From NCBI GenBank assembly GCA_963813715.1, contig CAWFAK010000005.1, positions 256,001 through 320,000 on the forward strand: a DNA stretch of 64,000 nt, given 5' to 3'. The notes under the pieces were generated by a model that was not told the DNA's origin, ran no database searches, and saw only the letters and a program-made list of their open reading frames with translations. Positions 18,472 to 28,809 of this stretch are shown one piece after another (position 1 is the first letter of the stretch; every line of letters starts with the position of its first letter). The translations under genes were made by a program, and so were the position numbers. Source of the stretch: an uncultured Planctomycetaceae bacterium (GTDB taxonomy: Bacteria; Planctomycetota; Planctomycetia; Planctomycetales; Planctomycetaceae).

Positions 18472-18855
18472 GTCAGGGCGTAGTTGCGAAGGAAGGGGGT
18501 GTCGCTCGCGGCGACCGAAATTTGTCTCGCCCCGTTGGGGCTTCAGGGGAGGGAATTGGTGGTTCCCGGATCCCAGGCCTGCGCTGCGCTCCGACCTGGG
18601 CTATCGAATCTCGCCCCGTTGGGGCTTAACGGCAGCAGGGGCTCAGAGGACGACGCGGAGGCGGCAGCCAGCATGTCATCGCAACCGAGTGCGGCCGCAG
18701 CGGGTCCAGGGGCGTTGCCCCTGGGACGGGACACGTTGTTTCATCGGGAAAACAGCGGTGTTTTGCCTTCCACCAACGACCAGCGTGAAGCGGCAGCCGG
18801 CGTGCCATCACACCCGAGTCTGGCCGCACCGGGTCCAGGGGCACTGCCCCTGGGA
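18366..18855. repeat. composite direct repeats at the AAA gene 3' end
   Basis: 90-bp repeat 18366-18455 / 18723-18812 (6 mismatches); 69-bp repeat 18658-18726 / 18787-18855 ending in CCAGGGGC-N3-GCCCCTGG hairpin. Confidence 0.9.
18525..18627. repeat. REP-like element family F
   Basis: TCTCGCCCCGTTGGGGCTT twice (18525, 18609) around hairpin CCCAGG-cctgcgctgcgctccga-CCTGGG. Confidence 0.75.
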
Positions 18856-18946
18856 TTTCGGATCTATCGAGGCTCGGGGTCATCCCTTAAACTGCATCCC
18901 TTGCTGACTGGCCCCTTTGGTGGGCAGGCGGAGGATGCAGGGAACC

Positions 18947-19273
18947 ATGCCGCGACGTGCGAACTATCTCAATGTTTATCAGACCGGCAAGCTGACGGTG
19001 GTCAGCTTTGTGAGTGCCGAGCTGTTGGATCAGATCGTGGTCAGCGAGTGTCGGAAGGAGATTGCCGAGCTGATTCAGCAGCATCAGTGCGAGACACTGG
19101 CGTTCGATCTCACCGGCGTGAAGCTGGTGCCCAGCGGCATGTTGGGGATGCTGGCTTCGCTCGGGCGGCTGGGTGTGCAGGTGTTGGTCTACAATCCTTC
19201 CGACGATATTCGCGAAGTGCTCGAGATCACGCGGCTCGACTCGTTGCTGCAGGTGCAGAGGGTCGACGTGTGA
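18947..19273 (+). CDS. STAS-domain anti-sigma factor antagonist
   Basis: LAFDLTGVKLVPSGMLGML, VYNPSDDIREVLEITRLD. Confidence 0.88.
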   Translation: MPRRANYLNVYQTGKLTVVSFVSAELLDQIVVSECRKEIAELIQQHQCETLAFDLTGVKLVPSGMLGMLASLGRLGVQVLVYNPSDDIREVLEITRLDSLLQVQRVDV

Positions 19274-19348
19274 GGCGTCGCGCGCGGGGCGGTGCGGGTT
19301 TTTGCCTGCCGATGCGTCCCGCAGTCTCGTTTTTGGCGACCGATTGAG

Positions 19349-20500
19349 ATGCCGGCGACTGGAATAGAGGACGACGCCCGAGCGGTGGGACTCGATCCGC
19401 GGCAGTGGCAGCGGACCCTCGAACTGCTCGACGACTGGTGCCGTCGCAGGCTGATCCCGTCGGCGGCGATTATCTGCGGTCGGTCGGACCGGGCCACGCG
19501 GACGCACGTGTTCGGCAATCAGACGCTCGACCCGGCGTCGCCTCCCGTGCGTGACGACGTCATTTTTCTGGTGGCGTCGATCACCAAGCCGATCGTGGCG
19601 ATGGGTGCGCTGCTGTTGGTCGAGCGCGGCCAGCTCTCGCTCGACGATCGGGTGTGCGAGATCGTGTCGCAGTTTCGCGGCACCAAGAAGTACGGCGTGA
19701 CCGTGCGGCACTTGCTGACGCATTCCTCCGGGCTGCCCGACATGCTGCCTCGCAATCGCGAGCTGCGTGAGTCGCACGCTTCGCTCGAGGAATTTGTGGC
19801 CGGCACTTGCGCGGCCGAGATGGGTTTTCCGCCCGGCCGCGGCGTGCGTTATCAGAGCATGGGGTTCGGGTTGCTGGGCGAGATCATCCGCACGCTCTCC
19901 GGTCGCAGCTGTGCCGACTTTCTACGGACGGAGATCTTTCAGCAGCTGTGGATGAACGATACGTCGCTGGGTGCTCCGGCCGAGTGGTACGACGAGCAAA
20001 ACGGACGGGCGGCCCGCGTCGCCGAAATCCGCGTGCCCGACGATCAGCGCGACGCGGCCAACGACTGGGGCTGGAACAGCCGCTACTGGCGCGGGCTGGG
20101 GGCACCGTGGGGCGGGGTGCTGTCGACGCCCGCGGATCTCGCGCGCTTCGCCCAGGCCATGCTCTCCGGCGGCACGATTGACGGCACGCGGATCTTCTCG
20201 AAAGCGACGGTCGAAGCGGCGACGAAGAACCAGTTGGCTGGCATGCTCGGAGTTCCGGCCGCCGACCGCGAGGGGCGGCCGTGGGGGTTCGGCTGGCGTT
20301 TGAGCTGGCCCGGTTCGTCTCCCTATTTCGGCGATCTGCTGGGCCCCCGGATGTACGGCCACATGGGGGCGACGGGGACGGTGCTCTGGCTCGATCCCGA
20401 TCGCGACGCCTTCGCCGTCGTCCTCACGACGCAGCCGCAGGATCCGCAGGGGGCGTATCTGGCCCGGCTGTCGAACTCGATCGCCGCGTCGCTGGTCTGA
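19349..20500 (+). CDS. serine hydrolase, beta-lactamase class C family
   Basis: FLVASITK (SxxK), LLTHSSGL, YQS, YGHMGATG. Confidence 0.92.
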   Translation: MPATGIEDDARAVGLDPRQWQRTLELLDDWCRRRLIPSAAIICGRSDRATRTHVFGNQTLDPASPPVRDDVIFLVASITKPIVAMGALLLVERGQLSLDDRVCEIVSQFRGTKKYGVTVRHLLTHSSGLPDMLPRNRELRESHASLEEFVAGTCAAEMGFPPGRGVRYQSMGFGLLGEIIRTLSGRSCADFLRTEIFQQLWMNDTSLGAPAEWYDEQNGRAARVAEIRVPDDQRDAANDWGWNSRYWRGLGAPWGGVLSTPADLARFAQAMLSGGTIDGTRIFSKATVEAATKNQLAGMLGVPAADREGRPWGFGWRLSWPGSSPYFGDLLGPRMYGHMGATGTVLWLDPDRDAFAVVLTTQPQDPQGAYLARLSNSIAASLV

Positions 20501-20730
20501 TTTTGCGGGCTTGTTTGGGGGCGCGTTCGGCCGTTGCGATCGGACTAGTCGTTATCGTCGCACCGGCGAGTCGGTCGAAGGTGCGCGTTAGGTCGAGCGT
20601 GCTGAACTTGCGGTCGGCTCTCCCAGATTGTGGACCAGGAACAATTTGACGCACTGAGAATGCGGCCTATGTTTGGGCAAATCGCGTTGAGCGTGCTGGC
20701 GGTACGAGAAAACAATTACGGCCAACGCTT

Positions 20731-20787
20731 GGGCGCGGCAAGGAAAGCTGGGAGCTTTGAGGGGACCTTGCCGCGCCCTTTTTCTTT
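20731..20787 (+). terminator. terminator-like hairpin (possible sRNA or attenuator end)
   Basis: perfect 13-bp stem GGGCGCGGCAAGG/CCTTGCCGCGCCC followed by TTTTTCTTT. Confidence 0.55.
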
Positions 20788-21005
20788 GCGCCGTGCTCGG
20801 CGCGGCTTCTTGTGCGGTTCTGTGTGCGACGGCGAAGCTGAAAACTGGCCCCGACTTGCCCAGGCCACCTGTTGCGCGAATTCCCAACTTGCCGACTCTA
20901 ACGCAACTTCCGTTTGCGCCGTTGCCGAAATAATCCGGGAAGTTTTGGTCTGCGCTCGCCTCTCCGCGCTCCGCTGCGCCCCTGCCAAGGAAGGATCAGG
21001 TCGCC

Positions 21006-21557
21006 GTGCCACTGCCGGCCGAGTTATCGCAAACCGTGTCACGACCAGCCGAGTCGCTGGCAGCCCTGTCAGTGCAACCATCTGCTCGGGCGATCGGCGA
21101 CCGATTGCGGCGTGTCGCGTGGATCGGGCTCTTCGTGCTGGGGCTCTGCTTTTGGATTCCCGCGCTGTTACGCGCTCGGCTTGGTGCTTCGGCCATGACC
21201 GGCAGCGGGGCCAGCGACGCGCGGATGCCCGTTACCGCTCCCGCGTGTCTGACGGAAACGGCGGCGACAACTCCGAACGCAGCGTCGCAGGGCGAAGGTC
21301 ACCCGGTCGCCGCGCTCACCAGCCGTTTGCTCGTCACGACGACGATCTTGGGCAAGACCCGGCGGGCGGCGATTGTGAATGGGCGGCTCTATCGCGAGGG
21401 GGACAAGATCGTCGCGGGGAGCGAGCAGTATCGCCTGACGAGCGTCGCCGAGGACCGCATCGATCTGGTGGCACTTGCCCCGTCGGCCGGCACGAAGCGC
21501 TCGGTGATGCTGCAGACGACCGCAGAGTCCAAGAGCGATCCCTCCGGATCGCGCTAA
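21006..21557 (+). CDS. GspB/PilP-like secretion or pilus accessory protein
   Basis: one N-terminal TM segment; TTILGKTRRAAIVNGRLYREGDKI..YRLTSVAEDRIDL. Confidence 0.6.
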   Translation: MPLPAELSQTVSRPAESLAALSVQPSARAIGDRLRRVAWIGLFVLGLCFWIPALLRARLGASAMTGSGASDARMPVTAPACLTETAATTPNAASQGEGHPVAALTSRLLVTTTILGKTRRAAIVNGRLYREGDKIVAGSEQYRLTSVAEDRIDLVALAPSAGTKRSVMLQTTAESKSDPSGSR

Positions 21558-21577
21558 GGACCGGATGGTTTCGCGAT

Positions 21578-23004
21578 ATGGCTCATAGCCGGTATCAATC
21601 GAGGGCGGGGCGTCCGACGTCGCAGGCGTCGGTGCGACCGTTGCGGACAGCCATCGGCGCGCTCGGGGTCGGTTCGCTGCTGCTGGCGGCCGTGGCCCTG
21701 ATGCACGACGACGCGCCTGTTGCGCGACTGGTCGCCGAACGTGTGGCCGAGGTCAACAAGCACCGCGGGATGCTGCGGCCAACCGCGCCCGACATCGTGC
21801 CGCCCAGCATTGCGCAGTCGCCTTCGGTTGCTGGCGTTTCGCGCACCGAGAACAGCACTCGCCCGTCGGCCGCTAAAGCGTCGGCCCACTTTTGGAATGC
21901 CGCGCAGGTGAGCCCGAATGCCAAGCAGGGCTCAATGGTCCAACTCGATCCACCGGTGGTCAGTCGCGACGCCACGGACGCCGACAACTCGCGAGCTCCT
22001 CTCAACAAGTCGGCCATCGACAGCACGCCGCTGATGACGCGGACCTATCGTCCCGTTTTGATGTCCGCCGTCAGCCTGGAGCGATTGGTGCGGCCGTTGC
22101 TGACCGCGCGGGGACAGATGGTTGCGTCGAACGCCGCCGCGAGTGCCGTAAGCACGCCCGTGCCCGTGCCAGCGGTCACACAGTCACCGCTCACCGCTGC
22201 CGCGGCCGATGCGACGCTGCCGGGCGTGCTGGTCGTCTCCGATCGGCCGGAGGCGATTGGCCGGATCGACGCGCTGTGCCGCGATCTGGAATCGATGTCG
22301 CCGAGGATCGCGATCGATTTGGTCGTCGTCAACGTCGTGCCGACCAGCGGCGAGCAGCTTCCCTGGGAACAGTGGCGGAACAGCTTCGGCACCGTCGAAT
22401 CCGATTTGCCCTCCGTGCTCAAGCAGATCCGCAGCCTGGGCCGAGCGACGGTTAGTACTCGCAGCCAGCTGCAAAGTTTGGGCGGCACTTGGACTGAATT
22501 GGCTTGGAGCGAGCAAAGCATGGGCGGGAGCCCGCGCACCGATGCAGCCGCTCCGGACGAGGAAGATCGCGAGCCCCCGACCCCGCCGGTGAACAACACA
22601 GCCGGGGCGACCGCCCTGACGACGCTGCACGTCCGCCCCAGCATTCAGCCCGACGGGGCCATCCGCCTGGAAGTCCGCGCCCAGTCCGGCCGGATCGAGA
22701 ACCGTGGGCAACCGCAGCACCCGCAACTGGTGAGCGTCCGCTTCAATACCGAGGTCGTCCTGCACGAGGGAGCGACCGGCGTCGTCAACCTGTTCGTCGA
22801 CGAACCCGGCCATCGGCCGCGAGCGCCTCGATCGGTTCCGCCACCGCGACGCTGATGATCCCCGGCGGATCGCTGCTCCCCGCGGCCAAGATCGTGCCGC
22901 AGCCCGGCCAACGCGAACAGACGCTGTTACTGCTCATGCCGCGAATCGTCCGACCGGCGCGGCCCGGCAAGATCGCCGTCTCAAAACCGCGCGATCCGGC
23001 TTGA
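21578..23004 (+). CDS. divergent secretin-like protein (frameshift ~22810)
   Basis: LVVSDRPEAIGRIDALCRDLE (N-domain), PRIAIDLVVVNV, LHVRPSIQPDGAIRLEV, C-terminal EQTLLLLMPRIV in ORF 22504..23004. Confidence 0.65.
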
Positions 23005-23183
23005 GCCCGGACCGCGCTGGCGAACGGGTCTTTTCCTCGTCATCACCTCGACGAATAATCTAGTGCAACCCTGACAGCTGGCGGGCCGTCGGGTCACTGG
23101 GGTGATTGTCGTACGAGAGGAAGATAGAGCTGGCTGACATCGCGCAGGGCACGAAAGAGGTGTTGGACCAGGGGCAGCGCCGG

Positions 23184-23804
23184 TCACTTGTCGTTCATGC
23201 ATTGCCACTTCCCGTCGGCCTGCTTTTCGTAGGCGAATCCAAAGCCGTTGCCGCGGGTGATGATGCCCGTGCCCTCATTGTGATTCATGCGGATGACGGC
23301 GCTCGTCAAGTGAGCGGCTTCGGCATTGTTCTTGAAGATTTCCCAAATCTCGTCGACCTCTTTTCGCAGCTCGGCCCGCTGCTCCATTGGAATCTCGGTG
23401 TCGCACTCCATCACGAAAAACGGCGGACCTTCCGAAAAATAGACCGGACCCGCGAACTTGACCCGAATCTTGTGACCCGAAGGCAACGTGTCCCACGGTT
23501 GCGGGCGACCGAACAAGGTTGCGCCGATGAAAAGTAGCAGCGGCGCGGCATTGATCGCCAATCCGGCGACGCCCCATTTCCGCTCTATTGGCGACACGAC
23601 GGCGATTACCGCCAGAACACCGGCAATCAGGTTGATCAACAAGACCAGCGGTGCGATCAGCAACCAGTGCAGGCCTCCAACCCCCGACGCAATCCCCGCA
23701 AGAACGAGCACCGCGGCGAACGCGCCGAGCACGACGGAGGCGGGGCCGCTACGACCGCGCGGTATTGCCGGTGGGTCAATTTCGCTCGCTGTTTCGATCG
23801 TCAA
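23184..23804 (-). CDS. hypothetical membrane protein
   Basis: three TM segments then a soluble domain; start overlaps the stop of the upstream gene. Confidence 0.7.
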   Translation of the reverse strand: MTIETASEIDPPAIPRGRSGPASVVLGAFAAVLVLAGIASGVGGLHWLLIAPLVLLINLIAGVLAVIAVVSPIERKWGVAGLAINAAPLLLFIGATLFGRPQPWDTLPSGHKIRVKFAGPVYFSEGPPFFVMECDTEIPMEQRAELRKEVDEIWEIFKNNAEAAHLTSAVIRMNHNEGTGIITRGNGFGFAYEKQADGKWQCMNDK

Positions 23805-26800
23805 TTGATCCCCGGCAATCGTCGGGCCGCTGGGTCGCTGGGATGTTTGTCGTACGACAGAAACGTGAACAGGTCGACGATCTCCTGCGGCTTCATCTGG
23901 TTTTCGATCTGTTCGGGCATGAGCGAAATGTTGCTGACGTGGACGGTGTCGATGTCGTTGCGGGGAATCGTTTCGGTCTTGCCCCCCTGTATCTTGAGCA
24001 CCACCCGCTGGGGACTGTCCTCGGCGAGCAAGCCGGTCAGCACGCGGCCGTCATTCGTTACGACGACGACGGCCCGATAGCCGGCGCCGATGACCAGGTT
24101 CGGGTCGAAGACGTTCGACAGGAGCTGCTCGAACGAGCTGCGGCCGTTATTGGTGATTTCCGGACCGACGTCGTTCCCTTTGCCGTGAATCTTGTGGCAC
24201 TGACCGCAGATTCGCTGAAAGACTTTTTCGCCGGCGGCCGCGTTGCCGTGACCGTCGCGAATCAGCTTGCGCATGCGGGCGATCACGCGCTCGCGCTGCG
24301 GGTCGCGCGCGTCGCGAATGCTTCCCCACCGGGCGTGGACCTGGTCGATGAGCTCGTTGTCGCCGAACGCGAGCAACTTGCGGACCTGGGAAAGATTGAG
24401 ATCGTGCGCGGGCAAGCGACCGGCGCCGATGGCGGCGAGCAGTTGCTTGCTCCAGCCGACGCGCTGAGTGAGCAGCTGCAGCGCGAGTGGTTTTTCCTCC
24501 GAAGCGAGGCGGTCGTAAGCCGACAACACCACGTCGGCAACCTGCGGTGCGTCGAGACGGGCCAGGGCTGCGATCAACCGCGCGCGGAAGCCGGGCGACC
24601 ACGAACGGCGGGGAGCGAGCATCGTTTCGACCAGTTTCAGGGTCCACGGATCGTTAGCGCCGGCGAGGGCTTCGATCGCGGCAAGCTTGCGGCGCTCGGA
24701 CGCTTTGGCGTCGGTCGCCAGCATGCGCGCCACCTCGGTTCCGGCGGGATCGTGCCAACTCGCGGCGAGCAGTGCAGCATCGAGAAACAAGGGCCCTTCG
24801 CGGGGCCCCGCCAGAACCGCCCGTAGGCCCGGCTTGAGCGCGCTCTTCACGGCTTCGAGTGGAGGTCCTGAAAGTTCGCGATTCTGAATATGCTCGCTCA
24901 ATAGCCGCAGACAGCGCTGGGCCGCCGTGGGCCGCCGCGCGTAGATGGCGAGGTGGAACAGGTCACGCAGGGCCACGCGCTTTGATCGCGTCCAACGGAG
25001 GAGCAGCCGGTCGAACAGGCGCGGAGTGAACTCAGCGAAGCTCGGATTGTCGTCAAATTTAGAGGCGGCTAAGCCGTCGACGATCGTGTCACTGCTCTCC
25101 ACGAGCCACGGCTGTAGATTGTTCCAGACGATATGGGGAATGAGCGGATCGTCGCCCGAATGAGACAGAATCTCGATCAACACGGCAACTGCTTCGACGC
25201 CCGCTACTTTCGGCGAGGCGATTGCCGCTTGCAGACGCACATCGGGCGAGATGTCGTGCGCGGTGGCGAGCACCAGCCGACGCACGGCCGGCGAAACGCG
25301 GTGCGCCCCCCGCTCGTTTTCCGGCGCGTACGCGGCCTCCGCGTCGTTGTTGCCGGCAAGCCGCACGCCCCAGGCGCGCATCGCCGGATGGGAATCGGAC
25401 ATCAAGGCACTGAGGAACTCATCGTCGGTCCGCGCGCCTCCGGCGACGAGCGAGCCGGCGAGTGCCCGCAGTGCATACAGGCGCGTCCTAAAATCCGTAT
25501 AGCCTCTGAGGACGATTTGTTGGAGCTTCGGCCGAGTCGCTGGGTCGTGTCGTTCAGCGAGCAATCGGAAAATCGTGTCCGCGAAGTAGGTGTTGGTCGT
25601 ACTATCCATCTGGGCCAGCAAGTCGTCATCGCTGTCCTTCGCGAGATCGAAGTTCCAAACGCGCCGAGTGTCTTTGTAGCGGACACGGTAGAGCCGTCCC
25701 TTCAAGCGGTCGATCCCCGCCGGGTCGCGGCCCGCGTCCTGGTAGCAGTGGTAGCGGTCGTACCAGTCGAGGATGTAGAGGCAGCCGTCAGGCCCCGTCT
25801 GCTGCGAGACGGGCATGAACCACGCGTCGTTGGCGGTCAGAAAATCGGGAGCGGGCTCGGACGCGTAGGTCGAGCCGTCGCGCTTCAGCGTGTCGACGTT
25901 GATGCAGCCCCCGTGGATGTTGCCCATGTAGAGCCGCCGGCGATACTCGGGCGGGTAGGCCTCGCTGTCGAAATAATGGAGCCCGCAGTAAGCGGCTTTT
26001 TGATGCTTGAAAGACGCGATCGAGCCGATCTGCCAGGTGAAGGGCGGATAAGGTCCCCCCTGCCGGTGGTAGTAGCCAGACTCGGTCAGGTGCCAGAGGT
26101 GATCGATCACGCACGCGCTGACGAACGCGCTGCCGATGTCGTCGAATGCGATGCCCCAGGGGTTGCTCGTCCCCTCGCAAAAGAGTTCGAATCGTCGCGT
26201 CCGCGGATTGATGCGGAACATGGCGCACGTGAAGTCGAATTGGCGATCGCCCGAGCGCACGTGGGCCGGGTTGAAGACGCCGTTGAGGCCATAGAGGTAG
26301 CCGTCCGGACCCCAGGTGAGCGAGTTGGGCAGCTCATGCGTGTCGTCGCGGCCGAAGCCGGTGACGACGACTTCGCGGCGATCGGCCTTGCCGTCACCGT
26401 CGGTGTCCTGCAGGAAGAGGATGTCGGGCGAGTTCGCGACCCAGACGCCGCCGTGGCCGACGGCGATTCCCGAGGGAATATTGAGTCCATCTGCAAAGAT
26501 GGTCACCTTGTCGACCTTGCCGTCGCCGTCGGTGTCTTCCAGGATCTTGATGCGGTCGCGTCCAGGACCGGCAGAGTGCCGCGGATATTCGAGACTTTCG
26601 GTGACCCAGATCCGGCCGCGCTCGTCGAATGTCATGGCGACCGGATTGACGAGATCGGGCTCGGCCGCGACCAGCTCGACGTGAAAGCCGTCCGGCACTT
26701 TCATCCGGGCGATCGCCTCGGCCGGAGAGAGCGCGGGACCGGGCGGACGATCCTGGCCATGAGGAACTTGCTGCCGACCCGGAGTCGGTTGCTCCGCACG

Positions 26801-26860
26801 CGCGGGCCCGGTGGCAACCGACATCGCGATCACAAACAAGATGCTGAGGCGTGCAATCAT
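23801..26860 (-). CDS. PVC-type membrane-bound dehydrogenase domain / CxxCH heme-binding protein
   Basis: VPDGFHVELVAAEPDLVNPVAMTFDERGRIWV, DTDGDG repeats, LTWGPDG, GPDGCLYILDW, HEAT-like middle, CGQCH, VGPEIT, SLMPE. Confidence 0.93.
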   Translation of the reverse strand: MIARLSILFVIAMSVATGPARAEQPTPGRQQVPHGQDRPPGPALSPAEAIARMKVPDGFHVELVAAEPDLVNPVAMTFDERGRIWVTESLEYPRHSAGPGRDRIKILEDTDGDGKVDKVTIFADGLNIPSGIAVGHGGVWVANSPDILFLQDTDGDGKADRREVVVTGFGRDDTHELPNSLTWGPDGYLYGLNGVFNPAHVRSGDRQFDFTCAMFRINPRTRRFELFCEGTSNPWGIAFDDIGSAFVSACVIDHLWHLTESGYYHRQGGPYPPFTWQIGSIASFKHQKAAYCGLHYFDSEAYPPEYRRRLYMGNIHGGCINVDTLKRDGSTYASEPAPDFLTANDAWFMPVSQQTGPDGCLYILDWYDRYHCYQDAGRDPAGIDRLKGRLYRVRYKDTRRVWNFDLAKDSDDDLLAQMDSTTNTYFADTIFRLLAERHDPATRPKLQQIVLRGYTDFRTRLYALRALAGSLVAGGARTDDEFLSALMSDSHPAMRAWGVRLAGNNDAEAAYAPENERGAHRVSPAVRRLVLATAHDISPDVRLQAAIASPKVAGVEAVAVLIEILSHSGDDPLIPHIVWNNLQPWLVESSDTIVDGLAASKFDDNPSFAEFTPRLFDRLLLRWTRSKRVALRDLFHLAIYARRPTAAQRCLRLLSEHIQNRELSGPPLEAVKSALKPGLRAVLAGPREGPLFLDAALLAASWHDPAGTEVARMLATDAKASERRKLAAIEALAGANDPWTLKLVETMLAPRRSWSPGFRARLIAALARLDAPQVADVVLSAYDRLASEEKPLALQLLTQRVGWSKQLLAAIGAGRLPAHDLNLSQVRKLLAFGDNELIDQVHARWGSIRDARDPQRERVIARMRKLIRDGHGNAAAGEKVFQRICGQCHKIHGKGNDVGPEITNNGRSSFEQLLSNVFDPNLVIGAGYRAVVVVTNDGRVLTGLLAEDSPQRVVLKIQGGKTETIPRNDIDTVHVSNISLMPEQIENQMKPQEIVDLFTFLSYDKHPSDPAARRLPGIN

Positions 26861-26969
26861 TCGGAAAGCTCATCGGCCAGGAATTTTATTTGAACTTACC
26901 AATCCTGCGCGTTACCGTGACCAGCATGATGTTGCTTCCCGGATCGCGTCTACCAAAAGGAAATCCGCC

Positions 26970-27401
26970 GTGGGCACTACGATTTGGGTCGACGTCGAAG
27001 GGCGTCCCGACGACGACGTTCCGCCCGATCATTCGATTATGCTGCGGCTCATGGACGAGCTCGATGACCTCTCCGATCGGCTCAAGGTCGCCAAGCTGAG
27101 CGAGTTCTGTGATTACAGCGTGATCGAAGCCGAGTACGCCGACGAGTTGGAGGGGCTGGAAAGACCGTTGAACGACAAAAACTACCCCTGTGACAGGTGG
27201 TTCGATCCAGGTCGGCCGCTCGAGGCGGTCCGCGCGGTTCACGATCGGCTTGCGGCAGACTTCACGGCGCTACGCTGGGTGCCCGACCGTTCGCGAGACC
27301 ATTGGCCCGAGGCACTGATCGAAGAACTGAAGCACTGTCGAACGGTGCTCGAGGAGGCCTCGGCTCGCGGGAGAAAGTTTCGCCTTCTCGTCGTGCCCTA
27401 G
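26970..27401 (+). CDS. hypothetical acidic protein
   Basis: GTG start after AAAAGGAAA; coding-like codon usage. Confidence 0.6.
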   Translation: MGTTIWVDVEGRPDDDVPPDHSIMLRLMDELDDLSDRLKVAKLSEFCDYSVIEAEYADELEGLERPLNDKNYPCDRWFDPGRPLEAVRAVHDRLAADFTALRWVPDRSRDHWPEALIEELKHCRTVLEEASARGRKFRLLVVP

Positions 27402-27583
27402 CCGCCGCGCTGAACGTGAGCCGACTGCTCGAACCGCCGCATCTGCATCGGAGCCTTATTCGCTGCCGCCGGCACCACGGCCGCGGTGTGTGCACGCTGG
27501 GCAGTGGTCGGTTGTTGAGCGGGAGCATGCGTCGCGGCAACGAGCACCGCGAGCAAAAGCGGAATCGAAAGGCGTGATGTCAT
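27398..27583 (-). CDS. small secreted hypothetical peptide (61 aa)
   Basis: MTSRLSIPLLLAVLVAATHAPA signal-like N-terminus. Confidence 0.4.
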   Translation of the reverse strand: MTSRLSIPLLLAVLVAATHAPAQQPTTAQRAHTAAVVPAAANKAPMQMRRFEQSAHVQRGG

Positions 27584-27636
27584 CGGGGAGTGCAGGTTGG
27601 CAGGTTGGCGGCGGGGTGCTGGGAAGCCGAGCGGCT

Positions 27637-28695
27637 TTACTCTCGGTCGGGGCCTAGGCTGGCAATGATCTTCTCGAAGACGGGCTCGACGTCCTTGAAC
27701 TGGGCCGGGGAGCATTTGCAGACGATGCTGTACTGGTGCTCGCGATGGACGACACTGGCCCGGCAACCTTTGACCGTGCTACTAAAGATGCTTTCCTTCC
27801 CCGTGAAGTCGGAGATTCGTCCTTCGCCAAAGCCGGCCGTTTCGATGGCCCGTCCGGGCCCCTCTTTGTACGACGAGAAGTTCTTCATCACCACTCCGCG
27901 GTGGTATTCATGAGTGGACGCGACGGCCGGGGCATCGCCAACGCGGCCGATGGAGGGACCGCCGATCTGATGGACTTCCTGGCCCGAGGCGATAGCTTTC
28001 TTCATCTTGCCCTTGGCGGAGGAGCCCTCGCTCTCGCGAATGTCGATCGAGATCGAATCGCCGTCGGAGATCCGGACGTAAATCGGAACGCCGCTCACAC
28101 CGCCTCCTGCGGTCGATTCCCAGCCTTCCGGCTTCATGCCGCTCATGGGAACGATCCCCATCTTGATCGCCACATATTTTTGGGGAGGCTCGAATTTCGC
28201 GGCCGCCCCGAGACCCGACTGGCGCAAATAGATGAAGCCACCCACGGCCCCGCCGGCCACCAGGAGCACGCCGCCGCAGATCAGGGCAATCAAGAGCGGG
28301 CTTTGCTTGCTCTTGCGGGGCGGCGATTTGCTCCGGCGTTTTTCGAGGGGAGAGTCGGGAGCCTCTTCGTCCTCGGCCGGCCTTGCCGCCTTCTTCGGCA
28401 ATTTGGCGCGACGGGCCGGCGGGCGATAGGCCTCGGTCTCGTCGAGGGCGAACTCGTCGTCCGCACTCGGGACGTCGTCGATGACGGACGATTCGTCGAG
28501 CAGGAAGCCCTCGTCCTCCGCATCGAGGATCTCGACTTCGTCGGCCTTTCGTCGGGAGGCCGGCTGCGAGGGATCGTGGACGCGGATTGTGTAGCCACAA
28601 TCGCGGCAGACGATCTTGCGGCCGTCCAGCCGTTCGACGTTGTTGATTTTGATCCGCGCTTTGCACCGCGGACAAAGCCCGAAGACTTTCGTCAT
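27637..28695 (-). CDS. hypothetical protein: N-terminal zinc ribbon, acidic linker, TM segment, outer domain
   Basis: CPRCKARIKI..CRDCG; PLLIALICGGVLLVAGGAVGGFIYL. Confidence 0.75.
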   Translation of the reverse strand: MTKVFGLCPRCKARIKINNVERLDGRKIVCRDCGYTIRVHDPSQPASRRKADEVEILDAEDEGFLLDESSVIDDVPSADDEFALDETEAYRPPARRAKLPKKAARPAEDEEAPDSPLEKRRSKSPPRKSKQSPLLIALICGGVLLVAGGAVGGFIYLRQSGLGAAAKFEPPQKYVAIKMGIVPMSGMKPEGWESTAGGGVSGVPIYVRISDGDSISIDIRESEGSSAKGKMKKAIASGQEVHQIGGPSIGRVGDAPAVASTHEYHRGVVMKNFSSYKEGPGRAIETAGFGEGRISDFTGKESIFSSTVKGCRASVVHREHQYSIVCKCSPAQFKDVEPVFEKIIASLGPDRE

Positions 28696-28809
28696 GGTTC
28701 GCGGCTGACCTTGGAAAATCGGGGACAGATCGGCCTGCACCTTCGGCTCGATCCTAACGCTCCCGGCGCGCCGCATGCAACAATGATCGGCCCATTGCCG
28801 GCGGTCCGG

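Noticed and set aside
18366..18812. 90-bp near-identical pair as a diversity-generating retroelement VR/TR
   Set aside because: No reverse transcriptase in the window, and the 6 mismatches are not confined to adenines of one copy.
18484..19347. 287-aa ORF continuing the AAA frame
   Set aside because: It is built from repeats and overlaps the STAS gene out of frame; two stops separate it from the AAA gene.
20674..20730. c-di-GMP-I riboswitch suggested by GGGCAAA
   Set aside because: The GAAA-capped P2 and the GACGCAAAG junction are missing.
27398..27583. C-terminal GG suggesting a ubiquitin-like or RiPP peptide
   Set aside because: It has a signal-peptide-like N-terminus, no beta-grasp pattern and no modifying enzymes adjacent.
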